A DNA stretch of 63,732 nucleotides, counting the filler, from Octopus bimaculoides (taxonomy: Eukaryota): assembly GCF_001194135.2 (NCBI RefSeq). It is 5 parts of 5 records of this genome, joined end to end, with 100 filler letters (N's around TTAATTAATTAA, not from the genome) between each part and the next. Parts side by side here need not be neighbours in the genome. Positions count along the whole stretch, not along the records: positions 49,854 to 54,521 come from NC_068984.1; positions 54,622 to 63,732 come from NC_068986.1; 3 more parts are not named here. One strand, written 5' to 3'. The notes below the pieces were generated by a model that did not search any database, was not told the DNA's origin, and saw only the letters and a list, made by a program, of their open reading frames with translations. The position numbers and the translations under genes are program-made. Below are positions 50,231 to 63,358 of this stretch, piece by piece. Position 1 is the first letter of the stretch, and each line of letters begins with the position of its first letter.

Positions 50231-53200
50231 TCGAAGCGACAAGTCACGTATTTGGCGTGGGAGGTTATTTATCGAAAATACGATGACTACCCTCGCCAAC
50301 TTTGAAGCCACAACTATCAGTTATGTTAAATAACTGGTTAATCTTCAGATGAATTAACTGGCGGAGCCTTTTATTCACGATCGTCGTGATTTTCGACTGA
50401 AACTTGAATTTAGCATGCAGAGAATTACTACAAACAACATGGCTGGACACAACATCAACAACAACACAATCGAGGAACAGAATGAAAACAACTGCTCAAC
50501 AGGTAAACAAATTCTTTCTAGCTGTAGTTATAGAAGAAACTGTAATTAGAGTTATGAATTGAATAATGATCTATTTAACTGCTACGAAAAAGCGAAACAA
50601 AACTCCGCTGTTGGCTACATGAATCGATTGAAATCATATTGGGACGATGTACATCCAGAATTAAATCATTTTACTGCAAAGCAACCATGCCAACAAGCAA
50701 CATTTGTAGAACATAGAAAGAAGGTTAGTAACTGTAACTTCATTAAAAAATTGAAAATTAACCTTCTTCCCAACTCTATAAGCAAAAGCGAAAACGTGAA
50801 TGATATAAGATCACCACGTGGTTTCGCAGCTCGCGACATTCCAACAGATTCTATAGTGCCTGCCAGCCAAACTTCATTACTGGCTCAAGTAACTGAACAC
50901 TGTCCCTCTACTACGACTATGGTAAATAGCCGGCACAACCGCAACGATTATTGTAGTAGTGGTAGTCAGGATTATATGCCGGTGAAATGCACCCTTACTG
51001 AAATTTTCCGAGAAAGAATAACTTTGGCTTTGAAGTACACTCTCGAGGAGAGAGTATTCTCTACCAAAGTAAGTAAAAAACCACCAGATATGGTACTAAA
51101 AGCTGTTAACGAAATTGGTAATGAGTATTCACATCAGTGTGATGAACCCACATACTGGCAGATTAACGCCTGTCTAAATGCTCTGGCTACTACTGTAAAC
51201 CAGTACATGAATGATATTCAAAAAGTAAAATAAAAAACTGAAATAACAAAGAAAGTACCATCATTGGTGTTGGAAGACAGAGAAAAAGATAACTGGTTTA
51301 CGGAAGACTATCAGTCATATAATGATGCTAATTGCATGGAAACAAGTAAATCAATATACACCCCACCAACAGAAAGTAATGAAGTAGATATAAATGATGT
51401 TTGGAGACTGTTAAAAGAGGACACTCATTTGCAAACTGATTACCCTCAAGCAGGAGCTAAAAGCTGTCAGCAAAAATCTCCGACATCAGAAGAGAATAAC
51501 CGAGAGAAGAACAATGAACAAAAAATTTAACCGCAACCAAGCAGCAGTATATGGAGACACCAGAGGAGGAGCAGTAAACATCACGGAAGCTCCTTCACAA
51601 GAAGACATAGACTCCTACTGGAGGAACATCTGCAGTGAAGAAAAGGAATTTAAACAAGATGCTCTGTGGCTGGAAGAAATCCGGAAAAAGTTATTGCTCC
51701 TGCGTTACATCCAAGACATACAGCATTTATGAAACTCTTGCAACTGTGATCCAGAGACTCCAGGATGGAAAAGCACCTGGAAGAGACTCAATTGTTGGAT
51801 ATTGGTACAAGAAGCTAACCTTATACCGACCATATCTTATCAACCTGTACCAGCAAGCTTCCATTAGGAATAGTAGCAGACCACACAGGTTAGCTCTGAC
51901 AGAGACAAAATTGATCCCCAGATGCAGAATCACCCACACGGCAAAAACCTACCGGCCAATTGAATGCCAGAATTAACGTATAAGATGTATACAGCATGTT
52001 TAAACCTCTTCCTCCAGGACCATTGTAAAACCAATAACATTATCACAGCAGAACAAACAGCTGGGAAGAAGGGTGTCTGGGGATGTGCCGAGCAATTATT
52101 AATCAACAAAACTGTGATGTAAGAGGTGCGAGAGCATAGGAGGAACCTATTTTCAATGTGGCTAGACTACAATAGTGCCTTTGATTCTGTTCCCCACTCA
52201 TAGATGCTAGAAGCCCTTCAACTTGCTAAAGTTCCAATGAGAATAGTCAAATCCATAGCTGACCTGATTTCATCGTGGGCCACCATCTTGAAATTAAACT
52301 CAAAGAGTGACTGTGTTATCACCGATAGAATACAGTATCGTAAATGTATATTCCAAGGAGACAGCCTCACTGTGATGTGGTTTATACTTTCTGTAAACCC
52401 CTTGTCATTCATGTGAAGGAAATTTAAAGGATATCTCACTGGTTCACAAGGAAACAGAAATACCAAAATTACACACTGTTTCTTTGTGGATGACTTAAGA
52501 CTTTATGCAAAGAATATGCATGAGATGAAAAAGAGTATTGGCCTAGTTACAACATTCTCAAAGGATGTAGGTTTGGAGTTTCGTAAAGATAAATGTTGTT
52601 AAATTGTTGTGTAATATCTCCATCAATGTTTGGACTTTTTCCTCTGTATCTGACGAGGAATGTTACAGGTACCTAGGGCGGATGAAAATATATCTTACAA
52701 TGGTACCTGTAACAAAACACGTGTCACTAAAGAATATTACAGCCGAATAAAGAAGATTTGGACCTCAGAACTCTCTGCATTCAATAAAACGGTGACCCAC
52801 AATGTGTTTGCAGTGCCAGTACTCATACCAACATTTGGGCTGCTTGATTGGCTGCTTGATGAGATCTGAGCCATTGATGTGAAAACCTGAAAAATATTAA
52901 CAAGCACACATAATTTCCACATAAGCAGTGACGTAGACCGCTTCTACCTAAAGCGGAAACAAGACGGCAGAGGCTTAACATCAATCCAAAATGCCTTTGA
53001 ATGTCACATCATATCCCTTCGGCAACATCTTTTAACCACCAAGTGTCGAAGTGCATCCCTTGACCAAGTTTGCATACATGAGGCTGATAACATCATAAGA
53101 CTTGGAAGGCAGCTCCTTGAACAATGCTCTTTGTCTGATAACCTAGAATGCATGCCCAAAGAAATCGCATGATTCTAGCGCAACGTATCATCAGATGAAA

Positions 53201-54204
53201 GGATGAGCCTACATGAGCAGAAGACTATGCATGGATATGTTAGTAGAAAGCTCCGTGATGATAGTAACATCGACCATCAAAGCAGTTTATCATGGACCAA
53301 TAGCCAGATTACTACCTCCTACTTTGAAGGGTATGCGTTTTCAATCCAGGAACAGGAAATATCAACCAAGTACCTGATGCACAAAATGGATAGAGATGCA
53401 GCAAAAGCCATAAAATGTGGCAACCTATGGAGATTTTGTGGAGTTCACACTGAAGATATCATTCACATCACAAGCAGTTGTCCGAAAATGTCCGATAAGA
53501 CATAACGTTGTAGCTAGGACACTCTATAATGAAATCCGTCGAAAGGATAATCCCGAGGACAAAGAAATAAGAACCACAATATGGTAGAAGCCATAGTCAC
53601 TCATAATAAAAAGGAATACTGGTGAAATGTACCAGTGAAGACCTCAGTGAAACGTGAGCACAACAGACCTGATAATACTGAATTGGGATAGAGAAGAGAA
53701 ACTGTGCACAGTTGTAGAAATTAGCTGCCCAGCAGATGTTAACATAAACCTGAAGATCAGTGAAAAAGAGAACACCTAAACTATTGAGAAATTTACAGTT
53801 ATTCTATCCAGATTACAAGTTCAGGTTTATACCTGTAATTATTGGGGCCCTGGGATATGTAACACACTGCCTAAATACCAATCTTGAGAAATTAGGCTTC
53901 TCAAAACCAGGGAGAAGAAAACTGCAGGTCCAACCCATCAGTGGAACTGTAAAAATCTGTAAAACTTTCAAGAAGTTTATCATTTGAATATGCATGACCA
54001 CGTCTCGATATGCAACTATATGCATGAGAATACATACATAAAACATACAAATCTGCACATACAAATATACATACATACATACATACATACATACAAAAAT
54101 ACCTTGTTGTTGATGTTGAAATTCCAATGAAGGAGCCATGGATCTAGGTTAGAAACCGGTTCTTTCTCTATTGGCAAGAAGTCTTGAAATAAACTGAATA
54201 ATGA
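50231..54204 (+). mobile_element. Full-length, inactivated R4/Dong-clade non-LTR retrotransposon (RT plus restriction-like endonuclease)
   Basis: N-terminal GYMNRLKSYWDDVHP; RT motifs KAPGRD, YRPIEC, WLDYNSAFDSVPH, IFQGDSL, FVDDL, YRYLG; GRGL; EDIIHITSSC zinc knuckle; RPD...EISCP nuclease; many stops and frameshifts; flanks catacacaatac (50219-50230) / catacacaaatac (54205-54217). Confidence 0.85.
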
Positions 54205-54621
54205 CATACACAAATACATACTTACATACATGCATACATACATGTATGTGTACATATACACACTGGCGCATACACAAGGGCACAAACAAACAAACAAAAA
54301 GAACGCATCTCTGATAACGCACAAAGTCAACGACTATTGAAAAGGTTGCAACACACAACGAAGATTTCATAAAAATTAAATAAGTAAATGAGTAGAAATC
54401 GAACCGGTGAGTGTGTTAAGTAATAAGACACTAAAAGGGAATGACTCTCCCCAGACAGTAAAATATGTTTCAACACAAGGATTCACATAAAAGACCTTGC
54501 AAACCAAATACAATATATATANNNNNNNNNNNNNNNNNNNNNNNNNNNNNNNNNNNNNNNNNNNNTTAATTAATTAANNNNNNNNNNNNNNNNNNNNNNN
54601 NNNNNNNNNNNNNNNNNNNNN

Positions 54622-55025
54622 TATATGGAGAACTTGTGAATGGAAGGATACTCCGGCAGAAACCGAGGCTGCGATTTAAGGACTGTGTCAAGTCCTCATT
54701 AAAGGCTTGTGATATGCAGGACACTGACTGGGAGAACAATGCCTGTCATCGCCACAGATGGAGGAAGCAGGTTAAGGAGGGGATCAACACTTTTGAGAGA
54801 GCACGTATCCAGCATGAAGAACTTAAGTGAGCTGCGCGAAAGCGCACGGCTCGTATAGTGAATGGGGAAAGCTTGGTCTGCAATGTTTGCAGTCGTGTAT
54901 GCTTGTCAAGAGCAGGGCTCATAAGCCAACAATGGAGCCGTAAATGCAAAATGTTAGTCCTAGAGCGCACAATGTTCCTGAAGGTCGGCAATGGTCTTCC
55001 TCCGTCACGAGTGGACGGCCATCAT
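54622..55025 (+). pseudogene. RTE-clade LINE 3' fragment
   Basis: YGELVNGRILRQKPRLRFKDCVKSSLKAC...WENNACHRHRWRKQVKEG...CNVCSRVCLSRAGLIS. Confidence 0.85.
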
Positions 55026-56565
55026 CATGTATGTATGTATGTGTGTATGTATGTATGTATGTATGTATGTATGTATGTATGTATGTATGTATTCTGTGTC
55101 GCTAAATTATTTATTTATATTTATTGTTTACACAGTAAGTTTCATGTAGTTCAATGTAAGAACTGAAAAATTCGTTTCCATTTAACGACGAACATACACA
55201 ACGACATTTATTGTTTATCTTCTATAATAAAATATTAGTTGTGTATTTATGCACATGCAGAAAGTTAGAGTTAACTCGTTGTACATTGACAGAAGTGATG
55301 ATCAAAGAAGTCGGACTGGAAACAGACTCATCGCAAAAAGAAATATCGTAATAAAACATCTGCTTAATTAAGCATGGAACTGTATGTATATTAAAAACGA
55401 CCATGGATATGTTATTCCATATATGTTCACAAACAGCTCAACGAAGGAAAGTTTAAATTACTTTTAGTAAAGTTTGATGCGCTGTTTAATGTATACAGGC
55501 AATATTTGAAATGTATATACTGTATATGTGTATAGATAAATATGAACAGTTTAGTTCATGAAGATTGTAATATATCTTATACAGAAACTCATATATATTA
55601 GCCACAGGGAATAAATACAGCGAACGTAAATTAAATAAAATTTGTCTATTGTGATGTATGTATGTCTGTTTCGCAGTATCAGCTTTAGATATACGACATG
55701 TAATGATATTTATATTACAAGTATATGGTATACATGCTTCACTGATTTTTGACAAAGCATACAACTTTTGATAAACTTTCATCAGAATCTAGCCTGACAA
55801 TATATAATGTGTATAGCAAGATTATACCAAATATATAGAATATATGTTGTGTCAATGCATTTATTGAATACAGTTTTTGCTTATTTTTTTTAGCAGTTGT
55901 CATTTTTGGCGGCATGCATATACTAGCACACGCACACGCGCACACACACATACGCACGCTCGCATACATGCATATTAATGTTTGTTTTATATCAAATTAT
56001 AATAAATACAATTCAAGGATCTTTTCACTTTCAACGGCAGATCGAAAAATTAATTTTTTTGTAACTAAACTCTTTCAAACTATCTTTTACCTTTAGCGTT
56101 GTTGAGAAAAGTTTCTATTTACGAAGTTATTTCGTGTTAAAATTGTCGTATTTCGGTAATTTCAACCAATCTATAGGGAGAATTCATNNNNNNNNNNNNN
56201 NNNNNNNNNNNNNNNNNNNNNNNNNNNNNNNNNNNNNNNNNNNNNNNNNNNNNNNNNNNNNNNNNNNNNNNNNNNNNNNNNNNNNNNNNNNNNNNNNNNN
56301 NNNNNNNNNNNNNNNNNNNNNNNNNNNNNNNNNNNNNNNNNNNNNNNNNNNNNNNNNNNNNNNNNNNNNNNNNNNNNNNNNNNNNNNNNNNNNNNNNNNN
56401 NNNNNNNNNNNNNNNNNNNNNNNNNNNNNNNNNNNNNNNNNNNNNNNNNNNNNNNNNNNNNNNNNNNNNNNNNNNNNNNNNNNNNNNNNNNNNNNNNNNN
56501 ACATATATATATATTCATTTATTTATATTTACACATGCATACACACACACAAATATTTGTATGTA

Positions 56566-57843
56566 CAGGGACTGGACAAAATAATGGAAACATCTTAAAA
56601 TTTCAAACAAATTTATTTTGATATGGAGTAGGGCCACCTTTGGCAGTAATTACAGCTTGAATTCTACGAGCTATGGACTCGTACAAAGTTTGAATTGTTT
56701 CTAAAGGAATTTTTGTCCATTCTTCAGCTAAAACAGTCTCCAGTTCTTGTAGTGATGATGGTGGAGGATATCGACTTCTTACTTTTCTTTCTAAAATGCA
56801 CCATAAATGTTCAGTAATATTGAGATCTGGGAATTGTGGAAGCCAGATAAGATGTTCAGCTTCACTAGAATGTTCTTCGTGCCTTTCAGTAACAACTTTA
56901 GCTGTGTGAATTGGTGCATTATCATCCTGAAAGATTGCGTTTCCCTCTGGAAACAGTTCAGCAACCATAGGATGAATTTGATCAGATAAAACGCTTAAAT
57001 AGTCTTGACTATTATTTCTGTCATGAAGGGAAACCATTGAGCCGGCGGATTTCCAAGATATAGCCCCACCTCCCGATCATCACAGATCTTCCTCCATGTT
57101 TAGCAGTTGAAAGAAGGCAGTCTGGGTAAATGCTTCTTTTGGCTGTCTCCACACGTATACTCGGCCGGGGGGTCGGAAATAAGGTAAAGGATGATTAGTG
57201 CGAGAAAATAACATTCTTCCTCTGCTCTAGGGACTAATTCTGTGGGTTTTTACTCCACTCTATAAACTTTGCAACGTTTGTTTTTGAAAGTAGAAGTTTT
57301 CTGATTGCAACCCTCCCGTGAAATCTGGCTTTGTGCAGCTTCCGGCGAACATTTTTTGTGGAAACTGGGTTTCCGAGGTAGTCATTAAGCTCTGCAGTAA
57401 TTTTGGGAGCTGCACTTTTGTGATCCTTTCTAACAATTCGAGTGAGAGTCCGACGGTCCCTATCTGAAAGTTTTGGTTTTCTTCCGGAGTTTTGTTTCGA
57501 CGAGATTTTTTCCTCTTTCTCAAAAGCTGTCTTTACTTTCAAGACAGTACATCTTGATACACCAATCATTTCGGCTGTTTTCATTACATTAGCGCCTGCC
57601 ATACAAGCACCAACAATTTGACCTTTTTGAAAGTCCGATAGATCTGTCATTTTAATAAATTTTAATTACCTTTTTCTGATGATACCTGAAAGAAACAGCA
57701 ATTTTAGTAAAACATATCAAGCAACACTAATACTAAATAAAAAAAATAAATAAATAAATAAACAGGCTTTTGATGGTTTTATAGATATTTCAAAATTATG
57801 ATGCTATGATGCTAGGTGTTTCCAGTATTTTGTCCAACCTCTG
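56566..57843 (-). mobile_element. Complete Tc1-like transposon with TIRs and TA TSD; disrupted DD34E transposase (57650-56603)
   Basis: TA|cagggactggacaaaataatggaaaca ... tgtttccagtattttgtccaacctctg|TA; DLSDFQKGQIVG...SGRKPKLSDRD...FQDDNAPIH...PDLNITEHLW...AKGGPTPY; stops and frameshifts mid-gene. Confidence 0.92.
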
Positions 57844-58664
57844 TATGCATATATATANNNNNNNNNNNNNNNNNNNNNNNNNNNNNNNNNNNNNNNNNNN
57901 NNNNNNNNNNNNNNNNNNNNNNNNNNNNNNNNNNNNNNNNNNNNNNNNNNNNNNNNNNNNNNNNNNNNNNNNNNNNNNNNNNNNNNNNNNNNNNNNNNNN
58001 NNNNNNNNNNNNNNNNNNNNNNNNNNNNNNNNNNNNNNNNNNNNNNNNNNNNNNNNNNNNNNNNNNNNNNNNNNNNNNNNNNNNNNNNNNNNNNNNNNNN
58101 NNNNNNNNNNNNNNNNNNNNNNNNNNNNNNNNNNNNNNNNNNNNNNNNNNNNNNNNNNNNNNNNNNNNNNNNNNNNNNNNNNNNNNNNNNNNNNNNNNNN
58201 NNNNNNNNNNNNNNNNNNNNNNNNNNNNNNNNNNNNNNNNNNNNNNNNNNNNNNNNNNNNNNNNNNNNNNNNNNNNNNNNNNNNNNNNNNNNNNNNNNNN
58301 NNNNNNNNNNNNNNNNNNNNNNNNNNNNNNNNNNNNNNNNNNNNNNNNNNNNNNNNNNNNNNNNNNNNNNNNNNNNNNNNNNNNNNNNNNNNNNNNNNNN
58401 NNNNNNNNNNNNNNNNNNNNNNNNNNNNNNNNNNNNNNNNNNNNNNNNNNNNNNNNNNNNNNNNNNNNNNNNNNNNNNNNNNNNNNNNNNNNNNNNNNNN
58501 NNNNNNNNNNNNNNNNNNNNNNNNNNNNNNNNNNNNNNNNNNNNNNNNNNNNNNNNNNNNNNNNNNNNNNNNNNNNNNNNNNNNNNNNNNNNNNNNNNNN
58601 NNNNNNNNNNNNNNNNNNNNNNNNNNNNNNNNNNNNNNNNNNNNNNNNNNNNNNNNNNNNNNNN

Positions 58665-58739
<75 letters not shown>

Positions 58740-59594
58740 TATTAGAGACAGACTCAGTATTACTACCAAAAGGTCATCTTGATTTCCAACATAACGTGGA
58801 GGTTGTGTCAGAACGCAGTATTTTGTGTTCTAACACAGCCCCTACGTCAAGTTGGAGATCAATATTACCATATGTATGTATGTATGTATGTATGTATGTT
58901 TGCGTATATATATATGATTGCATTCATATATGTATATATGTACGTGTGTGAGTGTGTGTGCGCGCGTGTGTGTACGTATGTAATTCATGACGGGCTTGTG
59001 TAGAGTTTCTATCTCCTAAATTCTATTCACAAGTCTTTGGTCAGCTCAAACTTGTAGAAAGCATATTCACTGCCATTTCTGGAATCAATCATAGAACAAT
59101 GTGGTCGCGAAGCAAACATGCCAACCAAATAACCAAACTCATGTTTTCTTTTTTCTTTTTTTATGTAGGGGAAGTAAACGGGGTCAGAAGGGCAACGTTC
59201 AGTGTTTGCAAGTTTTCCCAAACTGGTGGATGAAAACCGAGTAAGAAGCCATGAGTAGCTTATCCGCATTGGTTTATTTTCAACAGACTGGACACTGAAC
59301 AAGACTGGGTGTGTTAAAGCGGGTGATGCATTACGTCTGCTACTTTTGCTTATCCAGAACGACAAGGAGATCAAAGTAAACTACTCGGATATAATGATCA
59401 AAGAGTGGAAACAGAAGTCTGTACATTAAGATAGGTGTATTGATTTGTCTACATTACAAGAATGAAAGAGAAAGAAGAGCTCGCTGGTAGTTGAATTCAT
59501 TTTGTAGATAAAGCAACAGAAGTCTGTGTGAGGTATTTAGTCTAAATACTCTGTTGTTCTTCACATTCTACAAACCTTTAATAATAATTGTTTC

Positions 59595-59792
59595 AAACTT
59601 TGGTAAAAGGCCAGCAACTGGGAAAAGAGCCAGTCGATTACGTTGACTTCACTAGTTCACAGGTACTTTATTTTATCGACCCCCGAAAAGATGAAAAGCA
59701 GAGTTGGAATTTGAAGTTCTGGATGTAAAGACGGAAGAAATGCCGCAAAGCATTTTGTCCGCTGCGGTAACAATTCTGCCACTTTCCCGCCT
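59595..59792 (-). mobile_element. SINE family A (degenerate)
   Basis: ttatcgacccccgaaaagatgaaaagca...acggaagaaatgccgcaaagcattttgtcc. Confidence 0.65.
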
Positions 59793-59794
59793 TG

Positions 59795-59954
59795 ACAACA
59801 ACAACAACCTCAACAATGATGATAATGAAGATGATCATGATGATGATAATGAGGACGACGACGACGAGGAAGAGGAGGAGGAGAAGGAAGATGATGATGA
59901 TGATTATGATTATGATGATTGAGGAGGAGGGGAGAGGGGAGGGGGAGGGGGGGA

Positions 59955-59987
<33 letters not shown>

Positions 59988-60028
59988 NNNNNNNNNNNNN
60001 NNNNNNNNNNNNNNNNNNNNTGATGATT

Positions 60029-60083
<55 letters not shown>

Positions 60084-60135
60084 GGATGAGGATGATGATG
60101 ATGATGATGATGATGACGAGGAGGAGGAGGAGGGT
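59795..60135. repeat. (GAT)n/(GAG)n low-complexity tract
   Basis: Direct reading. Confidence 0.95.
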
Positions 60136-60449
60136 TTAAAATTTTGGGACAAAGCCAGCAGTTTTAGGGGACGGGGTTAAATCGATTACATCAGCTCCAA
60201 CACTTGATAGGTACTTTATTTTACCGACCCCGTAAGAATTAAAGGCAAAGTTGACCAAATAAAAAATAATCATTTCCTTATTAGTCACAAGATGTAGAGG
60301 ACAATACAAATGACGGGATCGAATCGTGTACAAAGAAAAGAACAACAGCAGGTATCGGTAAAATACGAGGTAAAGTCCCCAACAAGAAGGACAGCTACAA
60401 AGGGACACACAAAAAAAAAAAGCCCATAGATCCATGATTACCCAAACAA

Positions 60450-61260
60450 CTAAGATCAAGTGACCTCTCCCACTCCGGTTTACAGATATCTGCTGAGTAG
60501 GCCTCTTTCCCAGAAGTCAGTCATCCACTTTCACTTATCTTTCAAAAAATTTAAAGAGGGAAGCATCTTCCTCTTTGCACTCATTTTCCTCTCTTAACGA
60601 CACTTCAAAAATGTTGAGTGTTTGGTGGAAAGGAAGATATTTGTAACAGGACGACCTCTATCGCTGCAGTCATTAGAGGAAAGAAAACTATCTTAGTCGA
60701 TCATACTCTGTTAACGGAAAGTGACGGGGCAGTTTTTTTTACATCAACTTGCTCATCAACTGGATACGCCCTACATGTTGCAACATATATTCGATAAAAC
60801 ACCACTATGATCAGACACTGAACGACTGCGTCACTCTGAGAGCGTCTTGGAGAGTCCCAGCTAATGAAACCTCTCTGTGATGGCACTTCTGTGTTCGAAA
60901 TGGCAATGTTCTCTCGTGGTACTTCTAGAACAGAGGTTTCCGGGAGGTATTTATAGTTACCGGTCCGAAAATCTTCCGAAACAGACTAACCAACTGATTC
61001 TAGTTGACGTTCAGGCTTATTCCAAGGTTATTGTCGCTCTTACTCTCATTAGTTCTCAATGGAATGCCAATGTAAAAGTTCCACCGTTCACATAACTTAA
61101 CAGGTGCAGAGCTTTGAGGACCTGACTATATCCAAGATGTAGTGCATCCAGTCTTCGTCTTGCTTGAATCCAAGAAAACTGTAACTAGCCGTGGGAAAAT
61201 GCGCCTGGCAAAGATGACTATACCTGCGTGCTGTTCAGGAATCTATGTAGATGCTTCAGC
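60450..61260 (-). pseudogene. Decayed Tx1/L1-like LINE 3' fragment (related to the 28440 element)
   Basis: Minus-strand frames NQLVSLFRKIFGP...SDAVVQC...FLKCR.KRKMSAKRKMLPS parallel FFKSHLKKKVRVKREVLPS. Confidence 0.55.
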
Positions 61261-61334
61261 CTTAATGCTTTTTTTTGCGCAACAGCCACAGCATAACAAG
61301 CACTACACGCACAGGGGAATAGATAGCCGACGTC

Positions 61335-61530
61335 TTCCGCCGCCGCCGCCACCATCACCACCACCATCAACGTAACCATCATCACAACGAACACTACAAC
61401 CAGCGCCACCTTCACTACGACCACCACCACCACGACCACAGGCATCACAATCACCACCGCAGCGACCACGACCACCGACCACCATCGCCATCACCACCAC
61501 CATCACTACCACCGTCACTCGCTACCTCCG
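61335..61530. repeat. (CAC)/(CCG)-rich low-complexity tract
   Basis: Direct reading. Confidence 0.9.
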
Positions 61531-61974
61531 CTACTGATACCGTGTATAGCATTTAACCGCACTTAATAGTCCACTCTTTTCTTTCAGTCAAGGGTGGCTT
61601 GAGAACTGTTTGCTATTTCACATGATATAAGGCTCGCTGGTTGATCGATTCTTTCTCTTCGTGGTCCGGCTAAAAACATGGGAAAACAACTTATTAAAAC
61701 TATTATGCATAGTCCTACTATTAACCACATACATTTTATAAGGACAAACTCTTGTTTTACAATTCTATTTTATTTCTATCTCATAGGGAATTGCCATAAT
61801 TCTTAGAGGGTTTACATTTGGAGTTATATTTCAAAAGTCTTCGTATCAAATACCGTTAATAATTCTGCAGAAAATAATTCTCTGCAGTGAATTTTGCCGG
61901 TTAGAGAACATGGTTATTTAAATTTAAATAATAAGGGTGAGAAATTGAATATTAATTTGATTAATATCAATTTA

Positions 61975-62065
61975 AAACCAGTGGCCTAGCTTATTGAACC
62001 GCTAGAAAACGGAGACGTAAACACACCACAACGGTTGTCAAGCGGTGATGGAGGACAAACACAGA
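61975..62065 (-). mobile_element. SINE family B 3' part
   Basis: gaaccgcta...ggagacgtaaacacaccacaacggttgtcaagcggtgatgg. Confidence 0.7.
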
Positions 62066-62097
62066 CACACACAGATAGATACATACCTACACACACA

Positions 62098-62136
<39 letters not shown>

Positions 62137-62925
62137 ACGCACACACACACACACACGTACGCACACACACACAAGCTAATCAGATATGAGATAATAACTA
62201 TTCAAAGTAAATAAATATGAAAAGGGCTTTTGTGCGTTCACAGAGAATATTACCCTCAGGGGCGCTAGTGTTGGTATATTTGTGAATAAGTCACTAACCG
62301 AAGTAAGTGGATCTATTGTTTAGGAAAATATTATTTACTGGTTTAAGGGTTGTACTGAATAAATTGCAAAAATAACTCTAACAGTTCAAATACTAAGAAA
62401 TTCGCATACTCAATTTCATTTTTACCAAATAATCTAGGAAAATGAATGGGTTATTTCCCTTGCCTATATATATAACGATCCATTCCAGGGAATGGTTTTT
62501 GAAATAAAATATATTAGAAATATAAGGATCCCTTGCAGGGGCTCTATTATCGATTTTTTTCAATGATCTGAGTGTGCCATGAGGTTTCCAGTCATGAGTT
62601 CTACTCACGCGTCAAGTTCCACCAAAATCGATAAAACGATGTAGGAGCAGTTAGCTAAAAACTCCACAAACACACTCACAGACAGAATTTCNNNNNNNNN
62701 NNNNNNNNNNNNNNNNNNNNNNNNNNNNNNNNNNNNNNNNNNNNNNNTATATATATATATATATATTTGTTTTGCAAGATTTTTGATGTGAAATCGTGTG
62801 TTGAAACAGATGTTGTTGTACTTGGGGATGGTCATATTGCCAGTTTAGCCAATAAAAACACACGCACTGTATATTTGGTGTTAATTTCCTTCAGCTTTAT
62901 ATTACATTAATCTTAATCTTATTTC

Positions 62926-62968
62926 GGCCAGAGTTCTTTCGTCACACTTCTGTGACCTCATCAGTGGT
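62926..62968 (-). ncRNA. Minimal hammerhead-like motif in a Penelope-LTR-like repeat (62780-62990)
   Basis: acca CTGATGA g gtcac agaagt gtgac GAAA gaac TC tgg: intact cores, 5-bp helix II, 3-bp helix I. Confidence 0.6.
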
Positions 62969-62989
62969 TCTTTGTTTCCTTCTTTCTTA

Positions 62990-63041
62990 TGTGTGTCTCA
63001 CCTTGCTAACTATCATGATAGTTAGCAAGGTGAGACACACA
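62990..63041. repeat. Perfect 52-bp palindrome
   Basis: tgtgtgtctcaccttgctaactatca|tgatagttagcaaggtgagacacaca. Confidence 0.95.
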
Positions 63042-63322
63042 CTATATTCTTCCTACAACAGCAAGCGACACAAAGTTCACTCTCAAATATAGATATAAAC
63101 AGCCAAAACCACATACGCACACACACGTGCTATTACACACCGAGAGACCTGCGCGCATGCACATACACACACATACACATACATACCTCCCTCTCTTACA
63201 CTCTCCTGTCTTAGAAAGAACTTTTTCTTCTCCCATTCCCTTCCTGTCATTCCAAAATGTAACCACATGTGAGCCATCGGCGATTTTTTTCCTCCTTCTT
63301 CCCTTCTTTTGGATTTTTCTCT

Positions 63323-63358
63323 GTTTCCGAAGAAGAGCGTCTGCTCGAAACGTTAAAT
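63323..63358 (+). ncRNA. Minimal hammerhead-like motif with U4C core variant
   Basis: gttt CCGAAGA a gagc gtct gctc GAAA cg TT aaat. Confidence 0.5.
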
